Source: Candidatus Saccharimonadota bacterium
Lineage (GTDB): Bacteria > Patescibacteriota > Gracilibacteria > BD1-5 > UBA2023
Assembly: GCA_046350815.1 (NCBI GenBank)
Contig: JAXLZO010000001.1
Span: 120,001-152,000 of the forward strand
Reading direction: 5' to 3'
DNA: 32,000 nt
Part shown: positions 29,808 to 32,000 of the stretch, piece after piece
Position numbering within the stretch: the stretch's first letter is position 1
Layout: each line of letters starts with the position of its first letter
The notes under the pieces: model-generated
What the model was told of the DNA's origin: nothing
Databases searched by the model: none
What the model saw: only the letters and a program-made list of their open reading frames with translations
Made by a program: the position numbers and the translations under genes

Positions 29808-31535
29808 CTACATATGTTGAGGAAGTGGAATAGCCATAAGTGCGAAGAGCGTACGAAGGTGTTCATATGATGCTCGTACAAGACTCAATCTCCACGCCTT
29901 GAGATTCAGATCCTCCTCAGTCGTAATCTTACCACTATGAGAATAGAATGCATTGAACATACTCGCAATAGCATAAGCCTGAAGTGCGATCATATGAGGC
30001 TTCACACGACTATGAGCATCAATGATAGTTTTGAGACTCTCACTCAATATGAGAAGGAGTTCACGATCATACGATGATACCATCTCTGAAGAGAGAGAAT
30101 AATCAAATGATACGTCACCAGCTTGTCGTAAAATTTCTTGAGCTCGAACAGAGGCATACTGAATATACGGTCCACTATTTCACTCAAGTGCTGTTGCCTT
30201 ATCAGTGTCGAATACAACATCTTTTTCCCTGTCTTGAGAGAGGTACGCATATTTCACAGCTCCGACAGCAATAGCATGGAGATCTTCATCTGAGAGTATG
30301 CGATGTTTTTCCTTAAGCACGGACGCAACGCGATCAAAGGCATCATCTATGAGAGTCTCAAGACGGATAATATTTCCTTTTCTTGTGCTCATAGCACCAT
30401 CTTTCAATCGTATAGCACCATTTCCAGCATGGAAGAAATCTACTCACTCAAGGAGTTCAGGCCAAGCAAGGTGAGTAATAGTAAAGACCTGTCGAAAATG
30501 AAGTGATTGGCGCATATCAGCAAAATATCCAATCGTTGTCGGTTTCCAACCATTCGTGAGCCGATATTTGACGCACGCTATGTCAGAAGTGATATAGAGC
30601 ATCGCACCATCTTTTTTCTGGATGACCGTTGATGGAAGTTTGAGCGATTCATCGAATATAACAGCCACGCTTCCATCTTCGTTGCGTGTAGCAATCCCCT
30701 TCTCCACTAACTCATCCACAATCATTTTCATGGTATGTGTGAGAAGCGGTATATTTTTCAACTCCTTATTAATTTCAGTAATTCACTGATAAAAGCTCTC
30801 ACCAATATGATAGTCACATTTCACACCAATAATATTCATCATGCGATCAACCTCCGTATTGGTATAATTCGTGAATTCTCTCCAGAGTTCTACATGATAA
30901 GGATTCCCTTTTGATAGCTCTACAAAGGCATCACGACATTCCTGATCTACTTCAGGATTTGCCTCCACATCAGCTGTAATCTTCACATAGAGATGAAAGA
31001 GATGATCGATCGGTGATTTTTCAAGCTCCTCTCGATTTCCATATTTTTCAAATGCGACAATAAGTTTACCGAAGATGCCACCCCAATCACCAATGTGAGA
31101 ATCACTCGTCACGCGACCACCGAGAAACCGAGTCATCTCAATCATAGATTGCCCAAGAGCAGGAGTACAGAGATGCCCAATATGCGCAGGCTTTCAGACA
31201 TTGACACCAATGTAGTCAATGATTGTATGAGTCCCACTGAGTAAATTTTGTGGTGTGAGCACGAGTGATTCTTCTGTAAGTGCCACAATACCATCAGTAG
31301 AGAGAATAACATTCACATAACCACCTATAGTTGAGAGGGACGCAATATATGAATGTCCTGAAAGCGAGTTGGCAATATTCTCCGCACAGATATTTGGATG
31401 TATACCTTGAGACTTTGCAAGAGCAAAAACATTCAGCATGATATCACCATGTTCCTTTTTCGGCGGACGTCCACCCGCAATGAGCGATACATCAACAGAA
31501 AGCGAGGAAAGGAGGGATTGAATGAGTTTTTGCAT
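29808..31535 (-). CDS. argS: arginine--tRNA ligase
   Basis: It has a HIGH-region variant (KPAHIGHL), the ArgS core (SDSHIGDWGGIFGKL, GAMSTRKGN) and ends in ...LPQHM. Five ORF pieces share one frame across 4 TGA. Confidence 0.95.
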
Positions 31536-31564
31536 ATTTTTTAAGAGAGATAATATGAAAAATG

Positions 31565-31634
31565 GCTTGTTTTACAAGCGTAATTCGTATGCAAATTGAG
31601 TACAAACCCCAAAAACTGTACAGATTATGCATAC
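31565..31634 (-). promoter_or_regulatory. possible structured 5' leader of argS (two hairpins, the second followed by a U run)
   Basis: Minus-strand stems are gtatgca/tgcatac (31634-31586) and gcttgt-aaa-acaagc (31579-31565). The second is followed by cauuuuuc, about 25 nt before the ATG. Confidence 0.25.
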
Positions 31635-32000
31635 AAATATTTAAAAAATACTTTTTTCTATTTCTTTTTGAATAATCCTTTCCTAATAAGGAAAATCACC
31701 TATTATTTCTATACAAAACATATTATATATATTTGTCTACAGAAGAGCTGTGCATTTTTTCTCATAATTTGCTAAGATACATGTGTCGGGAACAAATACA
31801 CAAATACTTCCCTGAAAACAAATTAATATAATCGTTGCTGGGTGAGATGGGCCACCATACGCCATATGGTGAAACCCTATATTACCAATATCATACCAAT
31901 ACAAATAAATAGGTAACAAAGTTTTTTTACTTCAGTTATCTGCAATTCTTGCAAATATAATGCAAACTAGAGTATATCAGGCCTCATGTCTGAGTACCAA

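Noticed and set aside
31737-31919. A 60-aa minus-strand ORF in the AT-rich region upstream of argS, and a possible plus-strand start at 31986 (ATG TCT GAG TAC CAA)
   Set aside because: The first has no ribosome-binding site or family support and has an odd composition. The second contributes only 5 codons before the window ends, so it cannot be evaluated.

Overview
This window looks like a chromosomal segment from a small-genome, AT-leaning bacterium that reads UGA as glycine (translation table 25, as in Gracilibacteria/Absconditabacteria of the CPR/Patescibacteria). The taxon is inferred from the recoding only. Almost every conserved gene is split in the standard-code ORF track exactly at TGA. 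The pieces stay in one frame, end at TAA or TAG, and several TGAs fall on invariant Gly positions. Re-joined, the window encodes rplL and rplJ, dnaX, a MutY-like glycosylase with no Fe-S cysteines, a secreted beta-propeller protein, a VOC protein, a divergent type IV pilin/PilX-like cluster, recJ, miaB, a DpnI-like methyl-directed endonuclease, a stand-alone secY, pth, RNase R, a GNAT, an M23 peptidase and argS. The most unusual feature is a DUF559 (Vsr/PD-(D/E)XK-like) endonuclease cassette, bounded by about 28-bp G-rich inverted repeats, that sits in frame inside the radical-SAM gene miaB. A solo copy of the same repeat lies in frame in the miaB TRAM region. Longer relatives of the repeat, whose internal hairpin shows compensatory base changes, occur in three intergenic repeat nests. 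Other points of interest are a perfect 2 x 70-bp tandem repeat next to a G+C-rich small-protein cassette, a (TG)7 tract in a promoter spacer, and a TGA-free block with different codon usage at 26.95-28.56 kb. I found no rRNA, tRNA, CRISPR array, integrase or transposase. All calls come from reading the sequence by eye and from remembered family motifs; no database search was run.
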